Positions 1 to 9,022 of a DNA stretch of 50,814 nt are shown one piece after another (positions within the stretch are counted from its first letter, which is position 1; each line of letters opens with the position of its first letter). The notes under the pieces were generated by a model that was not told where the DNA came from, made no database searches, and saw only the letters and a list, made by a program, of their open reading frames with translations. The stretch is from Coriobacteriales bacterium (GTDB taxonomy: Bacteria; Actinomycetota; Coriobacteriia; Coriobacteriales; CADBOM01). Location of the stretch: positions 1 to 50,814 of the forward strand of contig JBMNUL010000003.1 of assembly GCA_050946255.1 (NCBI GenBank), in the 5' to 3' direction. Position numbers and translations under genes: made by a program.

Positions 1-119
1 GGCTTGGATACTGGCTTATATACGCCCGAACGCTAACTGGTACCGTCCTGAGTGTCCATGCGCACAAAGGATGCTGGCATGAGCGCCGACCTGACCAACC
101 GTGCATCTTCGCAAGACGA

Positions 120-3100
120 TCAGGCCAAGATCTCAGCGGGAACCTCCATGCTCTCCCTGCCGCCGGCCTCTGGGTTGCTGGCCTCTGCCTTCTCGCGCTT
201 CTCGATGTTGTTGTCGCGGTCGAAGTTGGCCTTCGCAACCGAGATCATGAGCTTGATCCTGTTCAGCTGGTTGACCTCCGAGGCGCCAGGGTCATAGTCC
301 ACGGCCACGATGTTGGCGGTGGGGTTGAGCCTGCGCAGCTCCTTGATAACTCCTTTGCCGGTAACGTGGTTGGGCAAGCAGGCGAAAGGCTGGGCGCAGA
401 TGATGTTGGGGCATCCGCTCTCGATGAGCTCGATCATCTCGCCGGTCAGGAGCCATCCCTCGCCCATCGTGTTGCAAAGCTGGAGCACGTTGTCGGCATA
501 TTCTGCGAGCTCCATTACGTTTGCCGGGACCGTGAACCTCTTGGAATTGGCAAGTGCATCCCTAAGCGGCGTGCGCGCCATGCCGATGAGCTCGAGCACT
601 ATGCGCGAGCCGATTGCGGAGAGCTTGGGCCTGCCGAGGAAGCGGTTGTACCAGATGGAATTCGAGATTCCGTAGAGGAAGAACTCCACCAAGCCGGGAA
701 CCACGGCCTCGCACCCCTCTGCCTCGATGACGTCGACCACCTGGTTGTTCGCAGTGGGATGGAACTTCACGAGAATCTCGCCCACGACTCCAACGCGGGG
801 CTTGCTGCGGTCGTTCACCAGCGGGAGGTTGTCGAAGTCCTCGACGATTGCGTGCACGTTCTTGTCGAATCCCGACGGGGTTGTGTTGTGCAGGTCGTCC
901 TTCAGATATTCCATCCACTTGCGGAAGAGCTCGTTTGCGGCACCCGGAGTGGCCTCGTAAGGACGCACGCGGTAGAGGCACTGCATCATCAGGTCGCCGT
1001 AGATCAGGGCCATGAATCCCTGGTAGAGCATTATGGGGCCGATGTGGAATCCGGGGTTGTCCTCGCCGAGCTTGTGGAACGCAAGTGAGATGACGGGGAT
1101 GTTTGGATATCCGGCCTCTTTCAGGGCCTTGCGGATCAGAGCTATGTAGTTGGTTGCTCGGCAGCCTCCACCGGTCTGGGTGATGATGACGGCCAAGTGG
1201 TCGGTGTCGTACTTGCCAGAGAGCACGGCCTCCATGATCTGGCCGGTAACGAGAATGGACGGATAGCAAACATCGTTGTTGGCATACTTCAATCCAGCCT
1301 CGACAGCACCATGGTCCACCGAGGGTAGCACCTCGAGGTTGTATCCCCAATCGCGGAACACCCGCTCGAGCAGCTCGAAGTGGATGGGGGCCATCTGCGG
1401 GGAGATGATCGTGTAGCCCTCTTTCTTCATCTGCTTCGTGTACTGGGCCTTGTGGAAAGAGGTTGGGGTGCCCTTCTGTATCGGGAGCCCTATGCTTTTC
1501 GCGAGCCTGCGGATCAAGCTGGTGTCGGCGAGGCCTTCTTCGTATTGCTTCTCGGTGCCAGTCGCCTTCTTTCTAGACTTTCCCCTGCCCTCGGGATGCC
1601 AGTTGAGCTGGAGCTTGGAGGCGGGAATCTCAGCTGCACGCTCCTTTGCGGTCTTCTGTCTGGTTGCAGGTCCACCTTCGACCGGGGCAGAAGAGGATTG
1701 CGACGTGGTGTCGGAAGAAACTGCAGATGCAACTGCAGATCCCACATTTGACGCAACATCCTTTACAGTCGCACCGGCGTCTGCAATAGCAGACCCTGCA
1801 TTGGCAACTGCATCGGCTCCTGCAGAGATTGCCCCGTCCCTGAGTTCTCCCATCGACTCAAACAAAGTCTTGCCCCTTTCGGTGAGGACCTTGTCGGTTG
1901 CAAGAGAGGCCTTTTCCGCCGGACAGGTGTCCCCAGCGGCGATCATCGCACGCGCCGCTGCCCTGCGGTCGTGAGATGCGGCAACCGAAGCCCCTTTGTT
2001 CGACTGCTTCTCATCTAGGGCGGCGATCAGGGAACGGATCCTGATCCTGGCGGCTCCCAGGTTGGAGACCTGGTCGATTTTCAGCACAGTGTAGATCTTG
2101 CCGGATGCCTCCAAGATTTCCTGGACCTGATCGGTGGTCACTGCGTCGAGCCCACAGCCGAAAGAGTTCAGCTGGATAAGGTCGAGATTCGGGAGCATCG
2201 TCACGACCTTGGCCGCCGCGTAGAGCCTGGAATGGAACATCCACTGGTCGATGACCCTGATGGGACGGTCGGGCTTGACTAGATGTGCCACGGAATCCTC
2301 GGTCAGAACGGCCAACCCGTAGCTCGCGACGAGCTCGGGAATCGCGTGGTTGATCTCGGGGTCCTGATGGTAGGGCCTTCCGGCGAGCACGATGCCATGC
2401 CTGTTGTTGTCGGCAAGCCAGCGCAGGGTCTCCTCGCCCTTCTTGTGCATGTCGTCCTTGAAATGGGCGTCCTCTGCCCATGCGGCCTCGGTGGCAGCCT
2501 CGATTTCCTCCAACGTCGGAGGGGTGCCCTTGGCCTCTGGATGCTCGGAATAATACTTGAGGGATATCTCCTCGTAGAGCCTCTGCGGAAAGAACTCCGG
2601 GTTGTCGTATGGGACGAAAGGCTTGAGGAACGGCATCTCCCCGGAATTGAGCTTGTCGATGTTGAGATGCAGCACCTCTGGGTAGCTCACGACGACCGGG
2701 CAATTGTAGTGATTCATGGCCTTTTCGTCTTCCTGCCTCTCCCAGCGGATGCATGGCATGAAGATGAAGTCGACGCCCTTGTCGATCAGGTTCATGATGT
2801 GCCCATGGCTGAGCTTGGCAGGATAGCAGGCGTTCTCGGACGGCATGGACTCGATGCCGGCCTCATATGTCTTGGCAGACGTCTTGTCGGAGAGCACGAC
2901 GCGGAACCCCAGCTTGGTGAAGAACGTGAACCAGAACGGGTAGTTCTCGTACATGTTGAGGGCACGCGGGATTCCCACGGTCGGGCGCGTTGCCTCCTCT
3001 TCCGACAACGGCTCGTAGTCGAAGAGGCGCTTGGACTTGTATTCGAACAGGTTGGGGACGTCCTTGGTTGCAGCTCCCCTGCCCGAGCCCTTCTCGCATC

Positions 3101-5108
3101 GGTTTCCGGTTATGAAGCGGCGTTTCTTGCCAGTGACCTCGTCCACACCGAAGTCGTTGATCGTGAGCAGGCAGTGGTTGGAGCAACCCTTGCAGCGCGT
3201 GGTGGTGTGCTTGACCTCGAGGGAGTCGAGCTTCTCGGGAGTCAGAAGTGTCGACCTCGGGGCGAAAGCGGCAAGATCCTCGTCATCGAGGGCCGAGAGG
3301 TCCAGGCTCTCGTCCTGCTCTGCACGGTCGCGGGCGAGGAGCGCTGCACCATAGGCGCCCATCAATCCCGCTACATCGGGTCGCACGGCCTCGCATCCGG
3401 ACAGCAGCTCGAACGAGCGCAGGATCGCGTCGTTTAGGAAAGTGCCTCCCTGCACGACCACGTGTTCGCCGATCTCGCTGGCATCGCGCAGCTTGATGAC
3501 CTTGAACAGCGCGTTCTTGATGACCGAGTAAGACAGGCCGGCGGAAATGTCGCCTACGGTGGCCCCCTCTTTCTGCGCCTGCTTGACCCTGGAGTTCATG
3601 AACACCGTGCAGCGGCTTCCGAGGTCGACCGGGTGCTCGGCGGCAATTGCCGCCTTCGCGAACGACTGCACGTCCATATTAAGTGAGTCTGCGAACGTCT
3701 CGATGAACGACCCGCAACCAGAGCTGCAGGCCTCGTTCAACATGATGTGGTCGATGACGCCGTTTCGCACCTGCATGCACTTCATGTCCTGCCCGCCGAT
3801 GTCCAAGATGAACTGGACATCTGGTTCGAGCTCGCGGGCACCGCGGAGATGCGCGACGGTCTCAACCTCGCCGGAATCGCAGCGGAGAGCTTCCAACAGG
3901 AGCCCCTCTCCGTATCCAGTTACCGTGGCATGGCCCAGCTTCACGACCGGGCGGCCCTTGGAGTCGGTGGGGAGAGACTTGTACATGTCGAGGAGGACCC
4001 TCTTGGCGGACCCGAGAACATCTCCCTTGTTGTTGCCATACCAGGACTTGAGGATCTGGCCATCTCGACCTATGAGAGCGGCCTTGAAGGTCGTGGACCC
4101 GGCGTCGATTCCCAAATAGGCCTCCCCTCGATAAGTGGAGAGATCTCCCTTGGGAACCACGTCTTTGCCATGGCGCTCCTTGAACTCCTGATAATCCTCG
4201 GGAGTGGCGAACAGCGGGTCGAGCCTTGTGATCTCATTGCCCTGGGTCTCGCCTAGGGCATGGAGGCGGTCGAGTATCTGCGAGAGCGTCAGGGTCTCGG
4301 TGCTCTCGGCTGCGATGGCAGCGCCGCACGCCACGAACAGATGGGCGTTGTCAGGCTTGATCGAGTGCTCCTCATCCAGATTGAGGGTAATCTCGAACCG
4401 CTTCTTGAGCTCGGAGAGGTACTGTAGAGGCCCGCCCAGAAATGCAACATACCCTCTGATCGGGCGCCCGCAGGCAAGACCGGAAATCGTCTGGGTTACG
4501 ACGGATTGGAAGATGGATGCCGCGATATCATGACGGTCGGCCCCCTCGTTCAGAAGCGGCTGAACATCGGATTTTGCGAACACGCCGCAGCGCGATGCGA
4601 TCGGGTAGATGATCTTGGCGTCCTTGGCAAGCTCGTTCAACCCCGGGGCATCGGTGTTGAGAAGCGATGCCATCTGGTCGATGAAGGCTCCGGTTCCTCC
4701 AGCACAGGTGCCGTTCATGCGCTGCTCTATCCCATTGTCGAAATAGATGATCTTGGCGTCCTCGCCACCAAGCTCGATCGCGACGTCCGTCTGCGGGATG
4801 AAGGTCTCGACCGCGGTCTTGGAGGCAACGACCTCCTGCACGAACTCGAGGTCGAGCCATTGGGAGAGCAGAAGTCCACCGCTGCCAGTGATGGCAGTAG
4901 TCAGGGGCACATCCTCGAACTCGGCAACCGCCTCTTCCAAAATCTGCGAGATCGTGGCGCGAATGTCGGTATGGTGACGACGGTACTTGGAGAAAAGGAT
5001 GTTGTTGTCATCATCGAGAATCGCAAGCTTCACCGTTGTGGAGCCAACGTCGATTCCAAGGTGCTTCACCGACTTGTCTCCAACGGGGGTCTTTTCAATA
5101 TCGGTCAT
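120..5108 (-). CDS. plsA: Fused PlsA/PlsR-type anaerobic plasmalogen synthase-like protein (2x BadF/BadG/BcrA/BcrD activase ATPase + DUF2229 + 2-hydroxyacyl-CoA dehydratase-like domain)
   Basis: 1662 aa. Two ASKHA activase modules ([10 protein letters not shown]...ELGGEDAK...[10 protein letters not shown]...SRCGVF; [10 protein letters not shown]...DIGGQDMK...[10 protein letters not shown]...SRCTVF), then [24 protein letters not shown] and [26 protein letters not shown]. This matches the architecture of Clostridium PlsA+PlsR and their single-gene fusions. The family is secure; the plasmalogen function is inferred. Confidence 0.8.
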   Translation of the reverse strand: MTDIEKTPVGDKSVKHLGIDVGSTTVKLAILDDDNNILFSKYRRHHTDIRATISQILEEAVAEFEDVPLTTAITGSGGLLLSQWLDLEFVQEVVASKTAVETFIPQTDVAIELGGEDAKIIYFDNGIEQRMNGTCAGGTGAFIDQMASLLNTDAPGLNELAKDAKIIYPIASRCGVFAKSDVQPLLNEGADRHDIAASIFQSVVTQTISGLACGRPIRGYVAFLGGPLQYLSELKKRFEITLNLDEEHSIKPDNAHLFVACGAAIAAESTETLTLSQILDRLHALGETQGNEITRLDPLFATPEDYQEFKERHGKDVVPKGDLSTYRGEAYLGIDAGSTTFKAALIGRDGQILKSWYGNNKGDVLGSAKRVLLDMYKSLPTDSKGRPVVKLGHATVTGYGEGLLLEALRCDSGEVETVAHLRGARELEPDVQFILDIGGQDMKCMQVRNGVIDHIMLNEACSSGCGSFIETFADSLNMDVQSFAKAAIAAEHPVDLGSRCTVFMNSRVKQAQKEGATVGDISAGLSYSVIKNALFKVIKLRDASEIGEHVVVQGGTFLNDAILRSFELLSGCEAVRPDVAGLMGAYGAALLARDRAEQDESLDLSALDDEDLAAFAPRSTLLTPEKLDSLEVKHTTTRCKGCSNHCLLTINDFGVDEVTGKKRRFITGNRCEKGSGRGAATKDVPNLFEYKSKRLFDYEPLSEEEATRPTVGIPRALNMYENYPFWFTFFTKLGFRVVLSDKTSAKTYEAGIESMPSENACYPAKLSHGHIMNLIDKGVDFIFMPCIRWERQEDEKAMNHYNCPVVVSYPEVLHLNIDKLNSGEMPFLKPFVPYDNPEFFPQRLYEEISLKYYSEHPEAKGTPPTLEEIEAATEAAWAEDAHFKDDMHKKGEETLRWLADNNRHGIVLAGRPYHQDPEINHAIPELVASYGLAVLTEDSVAHLVKPDRPIRVIDQWMFHSRLYAAAKVVTMLPNLDLIQLNSFGCGLDAVTTDQVQEILEASGKIYTVLKIDQVSNLGAARIRIRSLIAALDEKQSNKGASVAASHDRRAAARAMIAAGDTCPAEKASLATDKVLTERGKTLFESMGELRDGAISAGADAVANAGSAIADAGATVKDVASNVGSAVASAVSSDTTSQSSSAPVEGGPATRQKTAKERAAEIPASKLQLNWHPEGRGKSRKKATGTEKQYEEGLADTSLIRRLAKSIGLPIQKGTPTSFHKAQYTKQMKKEGYTIISPQMAPIHFELLERVFRDWGYNLEVLPSVDHGAVEAGLKYANNDVCYPSILVTGQIMEAVLSGKYDTDHLAVIITQTGGGCRATNYIALIRKALKEAGYPNIPVISLAFHKLGEDNPGFHIGPIMLYQGFMALIYGDLMMQCLYRVRPYEATPGAANELFRKWMEYLKDDLHNTTPSGFDKNVHAIVEDFDNLPLVNDRSKPRVGVVGEILVKFHPTANNQVVDVIEAEGCEAVVPGLVEFFLYGISNSIWYNRFLGRPKLSAIGSRIVLELIGMARTPLRDALANSKRFTVPANVMELAEYADNVLQLCNTMGEGWLLTGEMIELIESGCPNIICAQPFACLPNHVTGKGVIKELRRLNPTANIVAVDYDPGASEVNQLNRIKLMISVAKANFDRDNNIEKREKAEASNPEAGGRESMEVPAEILA

Positions 5109-5791
5109 CTCAGATCACCGTCCACCTCAATTGGATCTCCAGGGCTCAGGAACGAGAGATGCACCAGCACCCCCGCCATCTCCTCTGGGGTCTCCTTCAT
5201 TCCAGTTTCAATCCACGTGCGCACGACTCCAAGAGAGGCGTGCGAGAAATAGGCCACGTAATAGTCGACCATCTTGGTTCGGTTCTCCTTGTATTTAGGG
5301 CTGAGAACGCGGTCGACAATCGTGTTGCAAACCGTATCGAGCATCCTGCGCTCGAACCCTATGTCACCGTTCGGGCCAATCAGGGCGTTGAGCAGACCCG
5401 AGTGCTTCCCGAGGAACTCGAAGATGTCGACGAGGGGCTGAAGGGGCTTCAACCCGATGTAGGCCATTCCGAGCTCTTCGGGGGACACATCTGCCATCTC
5501 GGCCTCGATGTCGCTCAGCTCATCGAAAAACTCCACCTCGCAGAAGTGAACCAGGTCGTTCTTGTCCTTGAAGTGGCTGTAGAAAGTGCTGCGGTTGAGA
5601 TCGGCACGATCGGTTACATCGGACACGTTGAATCCATCGATGCCGCGTTCCTCTATCAGAGAGATGGCCGCATCGTGGAGCATGCGGCGCGAGCGGACAT
5701 AGCGTCTGTCGTTCTCACGTTGATGCTGCTCGGTCCCCGTTGCGTTCTCGATCTTGCCGGTCTCCTCTTTGGCAATTGAAGTCTTTGACAA
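5105..5791 (-). CDS. TetR/AcrR family transcriptional regulator
   Basis: N-terminal HTH ([45 protein letters not shown]) and a TetR C-terminus ([19 protein letters not shown]). 4-bp ATGA overlap with the downstream enzyme gene. Confidence 0.92.
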   Translation of the reverse strand: MSKTSIAKEETGKIENATGTEQHQRENDRRYVRSRRMLHDAAISLIEERGIDGFNVSDVTDRADLNRSTFYSHFKDKNDLVHFCEVEFFDELSDIEAEMADVSPEELGMAYIGLKPLQPLVDIFEFLGKHSGLLNALIGPNGDIGFERRMLDTVCNTIVDRVLSPKYKENRTKMVDYYVAYFSHASLGVVRTWIETGMKETPEEMAGVLVHLSFLSPGDPIEVDGDLR

Positions 5792-5903
5792 GAGCTATCT
5801 CCTATCTGGTCATGAGCTCCGCGATGCATGTGACCTGCCAGGAATCTGCCCCTTCGACCCATCGATTGGAGTCTATCAGCAGACCATCCTGTGCGAAGCT
5901 ATC

Positions 5904-5962
5904 CAACTCCGTGAGTTCTAAACAACTCTGTGAGTTCTAACCAACATAATGTTGTTTAGAAC
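5904..5962. promoter_or_regulatory. Probable TetR operator: 13-3-13 palindrome plus an extra half-site in 19-bp tandem repeats
   Basis: GTTCTAACCAACA-TAA-TGTTGTTTAGAAC at 5934-5962 (1 mismatch). CAACTCYGTGAGTTCTAA is repeated at 5904 and 5923. Located about 140 bp upstream of tetR. Confidence 0.65.
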
Positions 5963-6104
5963 ATTTCGTGTAGTTTTGCAAGTCAAACTTCTCACATGCT
6001 CCACGCTGAGCTAACGGCGGCGGCAAACGGGGAAAGTTGTGTTGAGGGTGTGGAGGAGCGCGGAGTGAGATTTTTTGGATATCTGGATGAACCGGCCTCA
6101 GAAA

Positions 6105-6137
6105 TGGGAAACCGGGGACGTCCCCGCTCGTCCCCGG
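6105..6137 (-). terminator. Probable intrinsic terminator of the 6256-6915 gene
   Basis: Inverted repeat CCGGGGACG (6112-6120) / CGTCCCCGG (6129-6137), followed on the minus strand by TTTCCCATTT. Confidence 0.5.
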
Positions 6138-6255
6138 CTCCCTGACTGCTATTTCACTGCAATAATGGTTGATTTGTTACGCGCTGTTTCAATTGTTGCT
6201 GTGCCGCGCCGCAAAAATCATTAACCGCGCCAGCTATTCTGATTGCCATGCCGTC

Positions 6256-6915
6256 CTACATAGACCTCCACCTGCGAACCTCTGGCGAGCAGCAGTTGGG
6301 CTGATACTGCTGATTCTCCTCATCTTCGTGATACCTGTCCCGGAGAAAGCCCATGAAAAGCGGCACCGCATATGGCACAACCTTCGAGACGTAGCCCGGT
6401 GACAGGGACTTCGGAGTTTTCGACATTGGCTCCGGTCTTTGGCTGCGTGCCCCTTCGGACTCTCCGCTATTCCCGCCTGCTGCCAGCTCCGAAATCCTGG
6501 GCATGACATTTTCCATGAGCTCCGGCATTATCTCTGGAAGCTTCTCCTCTATGCGCTCTAGTCCCGAGTCGCTCTTTGCCATCCTTCGCATTCTGGCCTT
6601 CTTGAACTTCGGCATTGACTCGAACATCTCCGGGAAAAGAGGTTTTATCGCAACTGCCAGATTCTTCGGCTCCATGAGGTGTCCGGAGGATTCCAGGTCT
6701 TGGTCAATGCCAGCTGCATCAGCCGAACCCGAGGTGGCATTGCAACCACCGGCGTTCTCCCCTGCCCGATCGGAGCCTTCTTGACGATCGTAGAATCCCC
6801 TCTTCTTGAAATAGTAGTTCGAGTAGTAGTTCGCCTGCGCCTGGCATCGAGGGCAGAACGTCATCATCTCGCTAGAGTCATCGCTTGAGCTATTGCTTTT
6901 GTTGAAAAGTCCCAT
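6256..6915 (-). CDS. Hypothetical protein (CxxC motif, Met/Pro-rich helical segment)
   Basis: 219-aa ORF with a strong SD (GAGGAGGG) upstream of the ATG. Contains FCPRCQ and PEIMPELMENVMP. Confidence 0.7.
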   Translation of the reverse strand: MGLFNKSNSSSDDSSEMMTFCPRCQAQANYYSNYYFKKRGFYDRQEGSDRAGENAGGCNATSGSADAAGIDQDLESSGHLMEPKNLAVAIKPLFPEMFESMPKFKKARMRRMAKSDSGLERIEEKLPEIMPELMENVMPRISELAAGGNSGESEGARSQRPEPMSKTPKSLSPGYVSKVVPYAVPLFMGFLRDRYHEDEENQQYQPNCCSPEVRRWRSM

Positions 6916-7005
6916 TTCTAATCCCTCCTCAATTGGCCAGGTCTAACTTCAATATCACACTTCTCGTGGTCAACTACAGAATACGTCTCAATTCCTCTGG
7001 ATTCC

Positions 7006-7018
7006 GTGACGAAGTCAC
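7006..7018. promoter_or_regulatory. Palindromic Crp/Fnr-like binding site in a divergent promoter region
   Basis: GTGAC-GAA-GTCAC (CGTGA-N5-TCACA) in the AT-rich spacer between the 6256-6915 gene and the LRR gene. Confidence 0.4.
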
Positions 7019-7198
7019 ATGAGTTCACGCCGATAATCGACACTTATGTGCTCTTTATTTTTTATTAAGAATAATAACCGCAGGGAAATCGACCCGGGTA
7101 TTACGATAGAGTCGTAAATAGGATTTCAGTTCTCGCAGACCGCCAAAAAATTTCTGCACCAGGTCCTGCGTGTCAAGAGTAATAAGAGTGACGTCAGC

Positions 7199-9022
7199 AT
7201 GAAGATCGCCCTCCACACCAACAAGTACACATCCCGAATCCGTAGACTCCGCATCTCGGAAAGCCTCAAGAGCGGGGAGTTCGAGATTGTGCTGCGCAAC
7301 GAATCTGGCAAGAGGGAACTCCACATAGGCAGGGGAATCGAGACCGTGAACATTCCCCACATCACCGATATGCTGTTCGACATCGTCACAATAGACGAGC
7401 GAAACCCGTGGTTGAGATCATTTGGCGGCTGCATCTACAGTGCCACCGGGAAAACATTGCTGCGATGCGCTGTGCGGGAGAGCCGTTGCACTGTGGCAAG
7501 TGGAACCGAGGCCATCGCCAGCGAGGCCTTCGCATACAACACGATGTTGGAGGAAATAGTTCTCCCAGAAGGTTTGGAGACGATAGAAGAGAGGGCTTTC
7601 TCCGGATCCGCGCTGAAACAGATTTCCATGCCATCCTCCTTGCGAAAGATCTGCGCGCGTGCCTTCTCCAACTGCCATTCGCTCAAGGAGGTCGAGCTCA
7701 ACGAGGGGCTCGAGCTGATAGGCGACAGCGCATTTTCCGGATGCGACCAGCTGAAGAACGTTCTGATTCCCAAAACGGTGAAGGAGATTCACGTAAGCTC
7801 GTTCACACACGCAAGAAACAACTCCGAAGGCCGCATCTCAATCGACTCTGAAAACCCATGCTTCCTCTTGGACAGGGGCGAGGTCCTCTACCGTCGTCTC
7901 GAAGACGGCCTAGAGCTCATGGGTGAAATGGGGAAAGTCTCGGGAACCTACAGGGTGGTCGCTGGGACCCGGCGTATAGAGGACGCGGCGTTCAGATTCA
8001 ACCAGACATTGCTGGAGGTCGTGCTTCCCGAAGGTCTTGAGAAAATCGGAGACTTCGCGTTCAAGGGATGCGACAACTTGCGCTGCGCGAACTTCCCGTC
8101 CACCATCAAGTCGATAGGAAATGAGGCGTTCCTCTCGACCAACCTCGAGTCCATCCACATACCCGCCAGCCTGAGCTCAATTGGCGAGCTGGCTTTCTCT
8201 TGCAGAGGCGGCGGTTGGGAAAGAAACCCATTCCCAGTCGTCATCTCTACTTTCGGACTCACGAGGACGCGGGCCAAACCCAAACCGAAGGCGAAGGAAG
8301 GCTCTTGTCTCACCACCGTAGAGGATGGAAACGAGCGTTATTGCATAGCCAACGGATTCCTCTGCGAGCGATTGGAAGATGGGACCCTTTGCGCGATAAA
8401 GTACATCGCCCACGATGAAAGCGTCTCGGTGCCGAGGCAAGTTGTGATGATAGAACGCGAGGCGCTGGTAGACGCGCGGAGCGTGAGAACTCTTCAGCTG
8501 CACGATGGAGTCAGGAAAATCCGCGACCATGGGCTCTTCATCACCCATCCCCTTCTGAAGATAATGGCGACGACGGAAACCACAGACGTAGATTTCGAGG
8601 TCTATCCGGTGCAGAGCTACTTCGGGGTCTGGGCTCAGAACCACGCTTTCATCGATGGGAAGCTCGACCTTGAGCTCCTTGCCTACGACTGCGACTACAC
8701 GCTTTATCACAGCCAGGTTGGATTCGAGCGGAGCTGGAGAATGCTCTCGAGGCTTTGCCATCCTCTGTTCCTATCCGAGGAACTGAACGAGAGGTTCAAC
8801 CAGGAGCTCCACAGTTCCCTGCTGAACTTGGTTGCTGACTTTTCCCGGAGGGATTACCTCGAGGGACTGCGGCAGCTGTTCGATGTCGGGCTGATAGACA
8901 ATTCGAATATCTACCGCTGCATAGACGCTGCCAACAGGTCCCATGGAGTCTCGGCGACGGGATTTCTCATGGAAGAGAGCCATCGACGCCTTTCAGAGCC
9001 AACCATTGACCTCTCGCTGTGA
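7199..9022 (+). CDS. BspA/TpLRR-type (LRR_5) leucine-rich repeat protein, apparently cytoplasmic
   Basis: Repeats such as LEEIVLPEGLETIEERAFSGS, LKEVELNEGLELIGDSAFSGCD, LLEVVLPEGLEKIGDFAFKGCD and LESIHIPASLSSIGELAFS. No signal peptide, TM helix or sorting motif; helical C-terminal domain. Confidence 0.88.
   Translation: MKIALHTNKYTSRIRRLRISESLKSGEFEIVLRNESGKRELHIGRGIETVNIPHITDMLFDIVTIDERNPWLRSFGGCIYSATGKTLLRCAVRESRCTVASGTEAIASEAFAYNTMLEEIVLPEGLETIEERAFSGSALKQISMPSSLRKICARAFSNCHSLKEVELNEGLELIGDSAFSGCDQLKNVLIPKTVKEIHVSSFTHARNNSEGRISIDSENPCFLLDRGEVLYRRLEDGLELMGEMGKVSGTYRVVAGTRRIEDAAFRFNQTLLEVVLPEGLEKIGDFAFKGCDNLRCANFPSTIKSIGNEAFLSTNLESIHIPASLSSIGELAFSCRGGGWERNPFPVVISTFGLTRTRAKPKPKAKEGSCLTTVEDGNERYCIANGFLCERLEDGTLCAIKYIAHDESVSVPRQVVMIEREALVDARSVRTLQLHDGVRKIRDHGLFITHPLLKIMATTETTDVDFEVYPVQSYFGVWAQNHAFIDGKLDLELLAYDCDYTLYHSQVGFERSWRMLSRLCHPLFLSEELNERFNQELHSSLLNLVADFSRRDYLEGLRQLFDVGLIDNSNIYRCIDAANRSHGVSATGFLMEESHRRLSEPTIDLSL

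Noticed and set aside
7055-7434. Small minus-strand ORFs overlapping the LRR start
   Set aside because: Antisense to the LRR gene, no SD, no motifs.
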